DNA from: a virus | Length of the DNA: 64,000 bases | IMG/VR virus record: IMGVR_UViG_3300000271_000006 | Location: 1-64,000 of that record | Reading direction: 5' to 3' (one strand) | Shown: in pieces, positions 21,366-30,982 of the stretch | Layout of the letters: the number at the start of each line of letters is the position of its first letter | How positions within the stretch are numbered: the first letter of the stretch is position 1 | Translations under genes and position numbers: made by a program | Notes under the pieces: generated by a model | What the model was told of the DNA's origin: nothing | The model's input: the letters and a program-made list of their open reading frames with translations, nothing else | Databases searched by the model: none

Positions 21366-21473
21366 CTCCTGAGATGAGCCACGAGCCCGCAGAAAACTCT
21401 ATGGAAACGACAACTCAAAAACCACCCGAAAACGTACCGGCTGCGAGCGTTGGCTCTGGACGGCTGGTTCGGC
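21361..21473 (+). repeat. attC-like structured inverted repeat (copy 10)
   Basis: GCTAAC (its TAA is the terminase stop)-TCCTGAGAT-GAGCCACGAGCCCGCAG-[loop with ATG 21401]-CTGCGAGCGTTGGCTC-n10-GTTCGGC. Confidence 0.65.
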
Positions 21474-21742
21474 TCCGTCTTTTTTTGGCGCACGGGACGG
21501 CCGGTGCGCTCGGCTTCATGCCCCACCAAAGGACAGGCGTGAAGGACACAGCGAAAAACCTGATATGGCTCCCCAAGCAGGCGGTGAACATAGTGCGTCA
21601 ATCCCCGGCCAAGGCGTGGACATGGCGGGAAACAGATTTGGAGATATGTTCAATCTTCGCTCGCAGGAAGGGGCTGCTGCCCTACGCCTTGCCGAACGGT
21701 CGGGATGAGCCGCGAGCACAGCGCGAAAACAAAAACACATGA
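21401..21742 (+). CDS. hypothetical protein (accessory ORF)
   Basis: ORF track 21374..21742. The in-frame ATG 21401 (METTTQKPPENVPAASVGSGRLV...) lies in the loop of repeat 21361..21473, as in the paralogous leaders. The sequence is of low plausibility. Confidence 0.4.
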   Translation: METTTQKPPENVPAASVGSGRLVRLRLFLAHGTAGALGFMPHQRTGVKDTAKNLIWLPKQAVNIVRQSPAKAWTWRETDLEICSIFARRKGLLPYALPNGRDEPRAQRENKNT

Positions 21743-21809
21743 GCACTCACGCAAATGAATCGAGCACCAAGGGGCCGCTGTGCTCGTTGGCTCTGGCACA
21801 TGGTTCGGC
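21691..21809 (+). repeat. attC-like structured inverted repeat (copy 11)
   Basis: GCCGAAC-GGTCGGGAT-GAGCCGCGAGCACAGCG-[loop with ATG 21739]-CGCTGTGCTCGTTGGCTC-TGGCACATG-GTTCGGC. 5+11 bp stem, and the outer boxes are perfectly complementary. Confidence 0.8.
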
Positions 21810-22035
21810 AATCGTGCGCCGCGCTACATTCTGGAGCGATACCGGACTGGCTATCGCCGCTCGCCAATGCTTCGGAAGCAATGCGGATGTAGGAGGGTGG
21901 AATAGCCCAATCGACATCTGGGACGAAAAGGCCGCAGACCTCGTGGCTTTCTGTGAACTGGTCGATGAATGGCCGGTTACGATGAGCTTGCCGAACAACA
22001 TGATATGCGAATCTCATGAGAATTTGAATGGCTAA
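21739..22035 (+). CDS. hypothetical protein (accessory ORF)
   Basis: ORF track, 98 aa. The ATG lies in the loop of repeat 21691..21809. Confidence 0.45.
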   Translation: MSTHANESSTKGPLCSLALAHGSAIVRRATFWSDTGLAIAARQCFGSNADVGGWNSPIDIWDEKAADLVAFCELVDEWPVTMSLPNNMICESHENLNG

Positions 22036-22615
22036 GGTAATCAATAAAGACCAAGGGCGCGAGCCCTTTGGTGGCCACCACTTCTACCAAAAGCAGGGGG
22101 GGCAAACCTTGCTCATTCGCGCCAGCTCCTACCGCGAACTCATTGAGGAGATCAAGTCCTTCCGGCTATCCAATGGCATTCCCATTGGGGACCCGGCAAA
22201 AGAAGTCGTTGACTACTACGCCGCAAACTGGCCTTGGATGGTAATTGAGGACTTCAAGCCTGAGAAAGGGCCGGAAGACCCCGATTACGCCGCATGGAAG
22301 GCTTGGATTTACAAGGTATGGGTCCGCGCCTCCCCCAAGATTGTAACGCGCCTACAAGCGAAGGAAAGGTGGGAGAAATGCAAAGCCTGCCCGGCCAACC
22401 AACCCCTCAAGGGCCATGACTCAGAGGAAGCGGAAGAACTGCAAAAGCGGGCCTTCATCTACCGAAGGGGAGAATGGACGCCAAAAGAACTCGGATTTTG
22501 CTTGCACCACAAATGGGACATCGCCACAGCTTCCGTCCTAGAAAGCCCCAAGACCTATTCGGAGAATCCACTGAAGGAATTTCCGGGGTGCTGGGTAAAT
22601 GAACCAACTCCATGA
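22028..22615 (+). CDS. hypothetical protein
   Basis: ORF track, 195 aa. Confidence 0.6.
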   Translation: MAKVINKDQGREPFGGHHFYQKQGGQTLLIRASSYRELIEEIKSFRLSNGIPIGDPAKEVVDYYAANWPWMVIEDFKPEKGPEDPDYAAWKAWIYKVWVRASPKIVTRLQAKERWEKCKACPANQPLKGHDSEEAEELQKRAFIYRRGEWTPKELGFCLHHKWDIATASVLESPKTYSENPLKEFPGCWVNEPTP

Positions 22616-22854
22616 ATCCACAACCATCCGATACCGATATACTTGACTTCATTGAGCGCAATGAGGCCAACGTCACCCACGCGACCGCTGAGCCTCCATA
22701 TAGCCGCTGGCGCTGCTATATTTACGAGCGCCGCCTACCAAGCCCTCACGTAGACGAAAGACCGGGGAGGATCGGGTTTGGCAGTACCGCTAGGGGTGCT
22801 GTGCTTGCGGCCATGTCCGAGAAGGGGCTTAGTGACTTTTACCCAGCCCGATAG
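22612..22854 (+). CDS. hypothetical protein
   Basis: ORF track, 80 aa. Confidence 0.5.
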   Translation: MNPQPSDTDILDFIERNEANVTHATAEPPYSRWRCYIYERRLPSPHVDERPGRIGFGSTARGAVLAAMSEKGLSDFYPAR

Positions 22855-22936
22855 GGTTTTAAGTTCCGCGCCCAGCCAATCCCGACAATAATCCCGACAT
22901 TGTGTCGCGATACAGACTAACTATCGCCAAATACCT

Positions 22937-25855
22937 ATGAGTGACGCATCAGCCATCAATCAAATGCTTCTTTCCCGCATGGAAGAGTTCTGTGCGTATA
23001 TCCTGCCAAACGGCAAGCGAATGGGCAACAAATGGGTGGTTGGAAGCTCCGATGGAGAGCAGGGTAAATCCTTCCAAGTTACCATGGCCGGAAGCAAGGC
23101 CGGTATGTTCAAGGACTTTGCCGGCGAAGACAAGGGCGGTACTCCGCTTTGGCTGTTGTCTCAGGTCAAGAAAATTCCCTTCGCCCAAGCCGTCAAAGAA
23201 GCGGCAGACTGGCTTGGGATCAAGGCCGACGACTACGGGGTTAAGCGCCACAAACCCAAGTCCTACGCCAAGCCCGATAAAGCCCCCATCCGCCAATCCG
23301 AGCCCAACACAAAGGTCATGGACTACCTCACAATCGAAAGGAAGATTGACCCGAGGGTGATCGCGGAATCCAAGATCGCCGAGACCGAGAACGGCGAAAC
23401 CATCGTCTTCAACTACGCAGACTACGACGACGAAACCCAGCGCTGGCTTGTCGCCCACCGCAAATACCTAGATGTGGACCGCCCCGAAGGGAAAAAGAAG
23501 ATGTGGGCCACCAAGGACACCAAGCCATGCCTCTACGGCAAGCAAATGGTGGGGGATGACGTAAGGGAACTGCTGGTTAGTGAGGGCGAAATCGACCAGC
23601 TTTCATGGCTCTCTTGGTCCATCCCTGCCGTCAGTGTGCCAATGGGGGCTAAGAACCTCCAATGGATCGACATTGACTGGGATTGGCTTTCCCGATTTGA
23701 GAAGATTTACATTGCCCTAGACCAAGACGAAGTAGGGATTCAGGCCGCTCAGGACGTATGCAAGCGCCTCGGAATCCACCGATGCTACATCGTCACGATG
23801 CCCAAGAAGGACGCCAATGAATGCTTGCAACAGGGGTTTACGCGGGAGCAAATGCTTCAAGTGCTCAAGGAGTCCAAGGCCATCGAGCTTGACGAGATTA
23901 AGCGCCCCAGCGACTTCCGCCAAGAGGTTCACGACCTCTACGACGTGGACCCTAGTAAGATGGGGCTTGAGACGCCATGGTATCCCGAACTTCCGTGGCG
24001 TTTGCGCAAGGCCGAGTTTACCATCCTTACTGGATTTTCGGGCGGGGGGAAAGCGCTCGATGTCTCAACCCCCATCCCGACGCCTACCGGTTGGACTACC
24101 ATGGGGGATATAAGGGTCGGAGACAGGGTGTTTGATGAAAACGGAAAACCGTGCAACGTAGTGCTTGTTACCGATTTTCAGTATGACCGAAAATGCTTTA
24201 GCGTTAACTTTTCGGACGGCAGCGCAATCATTGCGGACGAAGACCATCTGTGGGAAACGTGGACACCCCACGCCCGCAATTCCCATGCCCGTGCTATGCG
24301 ACGGGGTCCACTAAAGCCAAAGGGAACAGACCAAAGCCATAAACGCATCCAACCGCAGGTTGTAACAACCAAAGAGATTTCCGAAACCATTTACGAAACG
24401 AAATGGAAGTCCGGAAAGCACTTGCGCCATGCAGTTCCGGTAACAAAGCCGATAGAAATGCCCGCCGTCGCGCTCCCCATTGACCCCTACTGCTTGGGGT
24501 ATTGGCTTGGAAACGGAACGGCAAGAGTCGGGGATGTGACCTTTGGCAACGGAGACGAGGAGGTTTTGGAAAACTACCGCGCAGCGGGTTACGAGATTGG
24601 GCACAACAAGGCCAGTGAGGATCGGGCACCAACCCACCGCATAATTGGGCTTCGTGAGCAGCTGTCTTCGCTCAATCTCATTGAGAATAAGCACGTCCCC
24701 AAAATCTATCTTCGGGCGTCTGCCGCCCAACGACTTGCGCTACTCCAGGGGCTCATGGACTCAGATGGCTACGGGGCTCAAGACGGGTCTTGCGAATTTT
24801 GCTCAACTACGCTTGAACTGGCTGAAGCATGCCAAGAGCTACTTCTCTCGTTTGGCATTCGTGCCGGGATTAACGAGGGCCGCGCCATGCTCTACGGCAA
24901 GGATTGTGGGCCAAAATACCGGGTTCTTTTCACGCCGTCGATTCCGGTGTTTCGCCTGAAACGAAAACTGGACAGATTGAAGATGGACAGCTTCCCGGCA
25001 TATCGAAACTATCGCTATATAACCTCTGTGGAGCCGGTGGCCTCTCGCCCAGTTAAGTGCATTCAGGTGGATTCACCAAGGCATCTATACCTTTGCGGCA
25101 AGGCAATGATTCCAACCCACAACACAATAAGCCTTAATCAGTTAATGGTTTATGCAATGTCCAATGGCATGAAGGTTCTGGATGCGAGTTTGGAGGTAAG
25201 GCCCGGCATGACTCTTTACAACATGACCCGAACGGCCTTGGCAAAGCGGGTTAGCACAAAGGAAGAGCGCAACGCCTGCATCAACTGGCTGGAGGAGGGG
25301 ATGCTGTTCCTTGACTGCGTGGGTACGGTGAATGTAGACCGGCTTATGCAAGCAATGGAGTACGCCCGCAAGCGCCACGGCGTTGACGTGTTCGTTATCG
25401 ACTCCTTGTTTAAGTGCGGACTTTCAGGGGAAGACTACGCGGGTGCTCGCGCCTTCGTGGACCGCCTTACGACATTCTGCAACAATACCGGCGCCCACGT
25501 CATCCTAGTCGCCCATAGCCGCAAGACAGCAAACGGCAATGAGCTTTCGCCGCCGTCCAAGTCTGACGTGGCCGGTTCATCGGACATCACCAACGCGGCC
25601 TTCAACGTACTTGTCGTATGGCGCAACAAGCTCAAAAAGCGAAAGATGGACGAGGCGAAGCAGGCCGGCAACCTTGAAGAGTACGCCAAATGGGAGTCTG
25701 AACCGGACGGCAAGATCATACTGGACAAACAGCGGTTCGGCGAAGGCGAAGAGTGCGAGATTCCGATATGGTTTAACCGCGATGCGATGCAATTTCATAC
25801 TGTTCAGGGTAGAAGCTACCCCTATTTCGTCATGGAAGGGGCAGATCAGGCCTAA
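22937..25855 (+). CDS. bifunctional DNA primase-helicase (Toprim + DnaB/gp4-like), interrupted by an intein in the P-loop
   Basis: ORF track, 972 aa. Toprim-like LVSEGEIDQLSWL...IALDQDEVG. Walker A GFSGGGK|[intein]|T. The helicase C-domain contains VFVIDSL and ILVAHSRK. Confidence 0.9.
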   Translation: MSDASAINQMLLSRMEEFCAYILPNGKRMGNKWVVGSSDGEQGKSFQVTMAGSKAGMFKDFAGEDKGGTPLWLLSQVKKIPFAQAVKEAADWLGIKADDYGVKRHKPKSYAKPDKAPIRQSEPNTKVMDYLTIERKIDPRVIAESKIAETENGETIVFNYADYDDETQRWLVAHRKYLDVDRPEGKKKMWATKDTKPCLYGKQMVGDDVRELLVSEGEIDQLSWLSWSIPAVSVPMGAKNLQWIDIDWDWLSRFEKIYIALDQDEVGIQAAQDVCKRLGIHRCYIVTMPKKDANECLQQGFTREQMLQVLKESKAIELDEIKRPSDFRQEVHDLYDVDPSKMGLETPWYPELPWRLRKAEFTILTGFSGGGKALDVSTPIPTPTGWTTMGDIRVGDRVFDENGKPCNVVLVTDFQYDRKCFSVNFSDGSAIIADEDHLWETWTPHARNSHARAMRRGPLKPKGTDQSHKRIQPQVVTTKEISETIYETKWKSGKHLRHAVPVTKPIEMPAVALPIDPYCLGYWLGNGTARVGDVTFGNGDEEVLENYRAAGYEIGHNKASEDRAPTHRIIGLREQLSSLNLIENKHVPKIYLRASAAQRLALLQGLMDSDGYGAQDGSCEFCSTTLELAEACQELLLSFGIRAGINEGRAMLYGKDCGPKYRVLFTPSIPVFRLKRKLDRLKMDSFPAYRNYRYITSVEPVASRPVKCIQVDSPRHLYLCGKAMIPTHNTISLNQLMVYAMSNGMKVLDASLEVRPGMTLYNMTRTALAKRVSTKEERNACINWLEEGMLFLDCVGTVNVDRLMQAMEYARKRHGVDVFVIDSLFKCGLSGEDYAGARAFVDRLTTFCNNTGAHVILVAHSRKTANGNELSPPSKSDVAGSSDITNAAFNVLVVWRNKLKKRKMDEAKQAGNLEEYAKWESEPDGKIILDKQRFGEGEECEIPIWFNRDAMQFHTVQGRSYPYFVMEGADQA
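24053..25123 (+). mobile_element. intein (357 aa) with LAGLIDADG homing-endonuclease domain, class-3-like (Ala1, W-C-T)
   Basis: It starts ALDVSTPIPTPTGWTTMGDIRVGDRVF directly after GGGK. Block B reads IIADEDHLWETW. LAGLIDADG motifs are LGYWLGNGT and LQGLMDSDGY. Block F reads VKCIQVDSPRHLYL. It ends IPTHN followed by Thr, and excision restores GFSGGGKT. Confidence 0.85.
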
Positions 25856-25932
25856 ATTTGTTGTTGCAAAGTTCTGAAATACTGCAATACTTCATCTAAT
25901 AACTCAAAGGAGGAATGCTTATAGCCCAATAA

Positions 25933-28110
25933 ATGCCGAACCAACTCCCCGACAGCGCGACCGACGAAAGCAACAGTGACAATTTCGGGACAACCCCGGA
26001 AATCAACAGCCGGCTTGAAAACGAGGTTCGTTCAGTAAGCTCCGTAGCGCAGGCTTACGCCATCATTGAAACGATGGTGGCTGATTGGGAGGACGGCATC
26101 AAAAAGGCGGCGCGAATTACGGCCAAGCTCAACGGAGAGCGCCCGTACAACCAAAGCCTACTCAAGAAGGCCGGTAAGGGTCACAAGACCAATATCTCCA
26201 CTCGGTTCCTCGCTACGGAGTGCAACCGGGTGGTTCCGCGTTTCTTCATGCCGATCAAGACGGCCCGCTACCTCACGGCAGCGGCGCTGCCTGCGAATTG
26301 GCCGGACGGTCTTCGCAAGACAGAAATCTTCCGCGAGGCGTTTACGGAGAAGATTCGCTCATGGCCCAAGTTCAACTTTTACATCCGTGGCCTTGCTCGC
26401 GAGGTAGGCATCTTCGGATTCGCGTTCAACGTATTCTTTGACGAGTATAGCTGGCAACCCACCCTGATCCGCATGGACCGGGGGTTCGTGCCAAAGGGAA
26501 CGGAGGTCCTTGAAGAGCCGTCATTCTTTTTGGCGAAGTACAACTATCGCCCAGATGAGCTTCTGGAATTGCTCAAGCGCAACATTGACGGAGGCAGGAC
26601 GGAATGGAAAAAGAAGGCGGTTGTAAATGCGATCAACCATGCCGCCCCCCCCGACACGGAACCAACGGACGAGAATGCGCGGTCCTACGAGGAACTTCTC
26701 CGCCAGTCGGCAGTCGGGTACTCCTATCAAAAGGGGGCAAACCTTGTTGAGACCTACCACCTGTTTGCCAAGGAAACGAGTGGAAAGGTAAGCCATTACG
26801 TGTTTCTGGCTAACGTTGGGTCCGTTAGCGGTGCAGACCGCGCCGAAGCCATGGATGGCAACCAGCTTCTTTACGAGAACATGGACCAATACGAGTCCAT
26901 CAGTGATGCAGTCCACGCCATGGTCTTTGACTACGGTGACGGCACCATTCACGGTTCTTGGGGTGCGGGCGCAATCCTGTACGACCTTGCCGCTATGGTT
27001 GAGAAGATTCGTTGCGACTCGATGGACAATCTTCGCAACACGAACAAGATCAAGGCAAATGTCCCCGACGCCACGAAGGTCAACGACGTAAAGCTCCTTG
27101 TTGACGACGAGATGATGGTGGTTAGCGGCGCTCAGTTCGCCGGCAACTCCGCTGCAATGGGGCAGGAGGTTAACGGGTACGAGGCCCTTGACCAGAAGCT
27201 CGCTTCGCTTGCCCAGCAGCAGATTGGTTCCTTCATCCCGCCCATCCCCCTCCAGCCCTCCGACATCAAGGCCACCCAGATCAACGCGGCCATCTCCAAA
27301 GAACGCGAAATCCAGGAGGCCTTGCTTGAGAACTGGCTGATTCAGTGGGCTTATCTTGCCAAGCCGATTGCGAAGCGCCTTTGCATGAAGGGCTCGCCGG
27401 ACAAGGACGCCAAGGAGTTCCGCAAGCACCTTCTGGAAAAGGGGCTGACAGAGGAGGAAATCCAGTACCTTGCCGAACGCGCTCCCGTTCAGTCGGTCAT
27501 GGAATTTACCGAGTACAAGACCCAGCAGAAGGCCTTGTTTGCGGCGAACATCCTTGGGAATCCCCTCTTCCGTCAGAACGTGGCAGCGCGGACCATGGCG
27601 GCGGGGGCAGGAGACCTTCGTTTCGTGGATGAGATCGTCGTGCCGGAGGGCGATCAATCTGAGCAGATGGAAGCTGCGAGACTCCAACTCATGGAGAACG
27701 CGGCGATGGCGCTTGGCCAGCCGGTTCCCGTTCTGCCCAAGGACAATGATTGGGTGCATATGCAGACGATGGAGCCGGGGCTCTTGGCGGCGATTGAAAG
27801 CAATCAGGCCGAGATTGCGCAAGTCGGACTCCAGCACTACGCAGCCCACTACGAGCAGGGGGTTGCGAAGAAGACTATCCCAAAGGAGGAAATCAATCAG
27901 AAGAAGAGTCTGATTGCGGCCTTGGAGAAGCGCATCGGAGTTATCGTGGAAAATCAGCTCATTGAGCAGCAGAAGGCGCAGGCCCAAGCCACGGCTGAGG
28001 CCGAGGCGCAGCGAATCATTTCGGCGGAGTTGGCCGGCGGCATCCGTCAAGTACCGCGAATTGGGCAGACCGCCCAAATCCCCGAAGGGGCATTCGCGCC
28101 AAACCAATAA
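25933..28110 (+). CDS. putative portal protein
   Basis: ORF track, 725 aa. Size and position (after the terminase region, before the scaffold). No motif recognised. Confidence 0.6.
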   Translation: MPNQLPDSATDESNSDNFGTTPEINSRLENEVRSVSSVAQAYAIIETMVADWEDGIKKAARITAKLNGERPYNQSLLKKAGKGHKTNISTRFLATECNRVVPRFFMPIKTARYLTAAALPANWPDGLRKTEIFREAFTEKIRSWPKFNFYIRGLAREVGIFGFAFNVFFDEYSWQPTLIRMDRGFVPKGTEVLEEPSFFLAKYNYRPDELLELLKRNIDGGRTEWKKKAVVNAINHAAPPDTEPTDENARSYEELLRQSAVGYSYQKGANLVETYHLFAKETSGKVSHYVFLANVGSVSGADRAEAMDGNQLLYENMDQYESISDAVHAMVFDYGDGTIHGSWGAGAILYDLAAMVEKIRCDSMDNLRNTNKIKANVPDATKVNDVKLLVDDEMMVVSGAQFAGNSAAMGQEVNGYEALDQKLASLAQQQIGSFIPPIPLQPSDIKATQINAAISKEREIQEALLENWLIQWAYLAKPIAKRLCMKGSPDKDAKEFRKHLLEKGLTEEEIQYLAERAPVQSVMEFTEYKTQQKALFAANILGNPLFRQNVAARTMAAGAGDLRFVDEIVVPEGDQSEQMEAARLQLMENAAMALGQPVPVLPKDNDWVHMQTMEPGLLAAIESNQAEIAQVGLQHYAAHYEQGVAKKTIPKEEINQKKSLIAALEKRIGVIVENQLIEQQKAQAQATAEAEAQRIISAELAGGIRQVPRIGQTAQIPEGAFAPNQ

Positions 28111-28116
28111 AGCACT

Positions 28117-28350
28117 ATGGAGCAGCCATCACGCAGCACGCGCCTCCAACTACGGAGGTTCCTAAAGGAAGACTTTGGCAAGGAGGTCTTTTCGTTTCTT
28201 CGCGGGGAGACCCCCCGCATCGGCGGTCTGGACAAGGACGGAATCACCTTTACGGCTGGCAAGGCCGAGGGTTGGCGGCAATGCCTTGACCTGATGGAGA
28301 AGCTAGCGGAAGTGGACAAGCAGAAGGAGGAAGACATTGAAAACAAATGA
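28117..28350 (+). CDS. hypothetical protein
   Basis: ORF track, 77 aa. Confidence 0.5.
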   Translation: MEQPSRSTRLQLRRFLKEDFGKEVFSFLRGETPRIGGLDKDGITFTAGKAEGWRQCLDLMEKLAEVDKQKEEDIENK

Positions 28351-28577
28351 GCGCCCGGCCCCACAAGTATGTCCTCAAGCAGTTTCGGGAAGATGTGGAA
28401 CGACTGGCCGAAACCATGTATGGGATTTACACCTCCATCGTGGCAGGGAGTACCAGTCAAAACCCTCCCGAATGGAAGATTGTAAAAACCCGATGGGATC
28501 AATCGGGAAACTACCGGGAGTGGATGAACAGCGCGGCTCGCGTATGGGATGAGCAATGGAAGGCGGGGGGTCGGTAA
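28347..28577 (+). CDS. hypothetical protein
   Basis: ORF track, 76 aa; ATGA overlap. Confidence 0.5.
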   Translation: MSARPHKYVLKQFREDVERLAETMYGIYTSIVAGSTSQNPPEWKIVKTRWDQSGNYREWMNSAARVWDEQWKAGGR

Positions 28578-28605
28578 TAACTTTGGTTAGAACAACAACA
28601 ACAAA

Positions 28606-30051
28606 ATGGCTGAAACAACGATTGAAGTAGAAAAAGGGGAGGCTTCGCCTGCCACCATCATCACGAAGACGGAGACCCGCGAGGTCTTGGGCAAGGACGG
28701 CAATCCGCTGGCCCTTAATACCGCGTTTGCGGATGCGCTGGCAAAAGCGCAGTCAAAGAAGCTTGGCAAGCCCGTCATTGACGAGGCCCGCGCTAAGGAA
28801 GCGGCCGAGAAGGAGGCAACCGAAGAGCCCAAGGCCGAGACCGAAACGGCTGAGGAATTGCCCAAACCCGAGGAAACCAAGGCTGAGGCCACGGAGACCC
28901 CCGGAGGCGAGGAAAAGCCCGCAGAAGAGAAGGAAGAGGCCAAGGAAACGAAGCCAGAAGCCAAGGAGGAAGACGATGCGATCAAGGACGAGGAGCTTAC
29001 GGTTTTGCCGCACGACAAGCCGAAGACCCGCCGCCGCATCCTTGCCCTCCTTGAAAAGATTGAGAAAGTCAGCAACTCCGAGGCCAACACCAAGAAGGAA
29101 CTCGCCGCCAAGGACGAGAAGTTGAAGGCGCTGGAAGAGGAGCTTGCGAAGGTCAAGACGACAAGCCCCGAGGTAAACGAGGAACTCAAGAAGGAACTGG
29201 ACGAACTCAAGATGCTGCGCCGCCGCTACCAGCTTGAGAACGACCCCGAGGTTCAGACGAAGTTTACCTCCCGAATCGAGGGCGGCGAGAAGACCATCGT
29301 TGGGATGATCCAGAAGAAAGGGGCTTCCGGCGAGGCCATTGCTAAACTGATTGAGGCCGAAGGTGGCTGGCTCAAGTTTAGTGAGTCTGGCCGCGAAATC
29401 CCGCTTGCGGACGGAACGGCCACGACTGCCGCGGAGCTTGCAGACACGATCAAGTCCAAGCTGCCCCTGTCCGAACGCCGGTCCATTGAAGCCCTTGAAC
29501 GGGACATCGTTTCAGCCAAAATTGAAAGGGACCGATTCTTTGAAGAGGAGTCCAAGCGCGCAGACGAATACTTCAAGAAGCAGACCGAATCCCAGAAGAA
29601 GGCTCAGGAGGAGCGCGAACGCCTTGTCGCGGAAAACCAGAAGAAGGCGGACGAATGGACGAAGAAGTTCCTTGCCGCTGACTGGCTCAAGGAAAAGGAC
29701 GGAAGTGACGATGCCGTCAAGGACCACAACGAGTTTGTGAAGCAGGTTAAGGGCGAACTCACGAAGGCCCTTTCCGCCAACTCCCTCGAGGACATGCTTA
29801 AGGTGGTTGAGGACGCAATGGTACTCCACAAGGAGCGCCGCGAACTTGCCGCTGCGCAGGCCCGCATCCAAGCCCTTGAGGCCAAGCTCAAGGAAGAGGA
29901 GGCCAAGTGGGAGAAGCACAAGAAGGCGTCTGCCTCTACGCCCCGATCCGGGTCCATCGCATCCAGCGGTTCGGGAGTGGAGTCCAGCAAGCGCCCAATG
30001 AGCATCGAGGAGGCCATCATCGCCAAGTGGAAGGAGAAGCGTAACGGCTAA
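28606..30051 (+). CDS. putative scaffolding protein
   Basis: ORF track, 481 aa. Very Glu/Lys/Ala-rich with predicted coiled coil, located between the portal and the capsid module. Confidence 0.65.
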   Translation: MAETTIEVEKGEASPATIITKTETREVLGKDGNPLALNTAFADALAKAQSKKLGKPVIDEARAKEAAEKEATEEPKAETETAEELPKPEETKAEATETPGGEEKPAEEKEEAKETKPEAKEEDDAIKDEELTVLPHDKPKTRRRILALLEKIEKVSNSEANTKKELAAKDEKLKALEEELAKVKTTSPEVNEELKKELDELKMLRRRYQLENDPEVQTKFTSRIEGGEKTIVGMIQKKGASGEAIAKLIEAEGGWLKFSESGREIPLADGTATTAAELADTIKSKLPLSERRSIEALERDIVSAKIERDRFFEEESKRADEYFKKQTESQKKAQEERERLVAENQKKADEWTKKFLAADWLKEKDGSDDAVKDHNEFVKQVKGELTKALSANSLEDMLKVVEDAMVLHKERRELAAAQARIQALEAKLKEEEAKWEKHKKASASTPRSGSIASSGSGVESSKRPMSIEEAIIAKWKEKRNG

Positions 30052-30055
30052 GGCA

Positions 30056-30982
30056 ATGGGGCTGGTCAAAAAGGTTCTGGCCAAGATTGATGAACTTGGC
30101 ACCGCAGAGGCGTCTAAGTTCTTTGGGGTAAGCGCGGGCACGATTGCCAACTGGAAGTCGGGCAAATCCAAGCCGTCCATTGAGGCGGCGGAGCTTTGCC
30201 TCGGTTTTGGCGAACCCCCAACCACAAAGGACGAAGACGACTTCTTCACGGATTGGGAAGGCAAGGACTTGCTGATCCTCATCCCTGCCTACCAATACAT
30301 GAACCCCAAGACCCACTTCTCCCTCTTTGCGAACTACGCGAAGTACGGGCCGGAGAAGATCGGAATCCTTTACAAGCAAAGGACCCTCATCGGAGAGGCG
30401 CGATCCGTCCTCATCAACAAAGCCATGCAGGGCAAGGCCAACAACTTCCTGTTCGTCGACAACGATATGGTCCTGCCATTTGGCAACGAAGGGGTCTTTA
30501 ATGGGAGGTATCGGGCCGGGGTAAAGCCTGAGACGGCAAGGCTGAACGCCATCTCCCGTATCATGAGCCACCCCGAGGACAAGGGAATCGTTGGGGGGCT
30601 CTACTACGGACGCAATGAGTACGGAGTACCGCAATGCGGCCAAGGCTTCCGCAACAAAGACAACTCTGATTTCCGCAAGGGCAAGTATTCGGGGTTAATG
30701 GAAACCGAGTTTGTCGGTACAGGATTCATGCTCATCCGCCGATGGGTCATTGAAAAGATGAAGGAGGCGATTGACTCCGGCAAGTGGCCGGAGTGCAAGC
30801 CGATCAAGGAGGGTTCCCATTACGGGTACTTCACTCACCCGACCGGACAAGGAGAGGACTTAAGTTTTTGCTTGCGTGCCGCGCAAATCGGAATCAAGAC
30901 CTACGTGGATACCGACTTGGTGTGCCTCCACGAAGGGGACATGCTGTTCGGCCCGCGCACCACAAAAGACAAGCCTCAATGA
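30056..30982 (+). CDS. HTH-domain / GT-A (family 2-like) glycosyltransferase fusion
   Basis: ORF track, 308 aa. N-terminal Cro/C1-like FFGVSAGTIANWKSGKSKPS, then LILIPAY..., the DxD motif FVDNDM, and GEDLSFCLRAAQIGIK. Confidence 0.65.
   Translation: MGLVKKVLAKIDELGTAEASKFFGVSAGTIANWKSGKSKPSIEAAELCLGFGEPPTTKDEDDFFTDWEGKDLLILIPAYQYMNPKTHFSLFANYAKYGPEKIGILYKQRTLIGEARSVLINKAMQGKANNFLFVDNDMVLPFGNEGVFNGRYRAGVKPETARLNAISRIMSHPEDKGIVGGLYYGRNEYGVPQCGQGFRNKDNSDFRKGKYSGLMETEFVGTGFMLIRRWVIEKMKEAIDSGKWPECKPIKEGSHYGYFTHPTGQGEDLSFCLRAAQIGIKTYVDTDLVCLHEGDMLFGPRTTKDKPQ

Noticed and set aside
21365-21400. Hammerhead-like ribozyme core (CUGAGAUGAG ... GAAAAC) in the 5' half of the structured repeats
   Set aside because: The invariant CUGANGA is not present: the strings read CUGAGAU or GGGAUGA. 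The helix II candidates are only 2-3 bp and inconsistent between copies. The long-range pairing with the 3' arm explains the conservation better.
26521-28107. 528-aa minus-strand ORF
   Set aside because: It is entirely antisense to the 725-aa portal candidate. Its composition is Leu/Arg/Gly/Val-rich and shows no motifs. This is a typical shadow ORF in GC-rich coding DNA.
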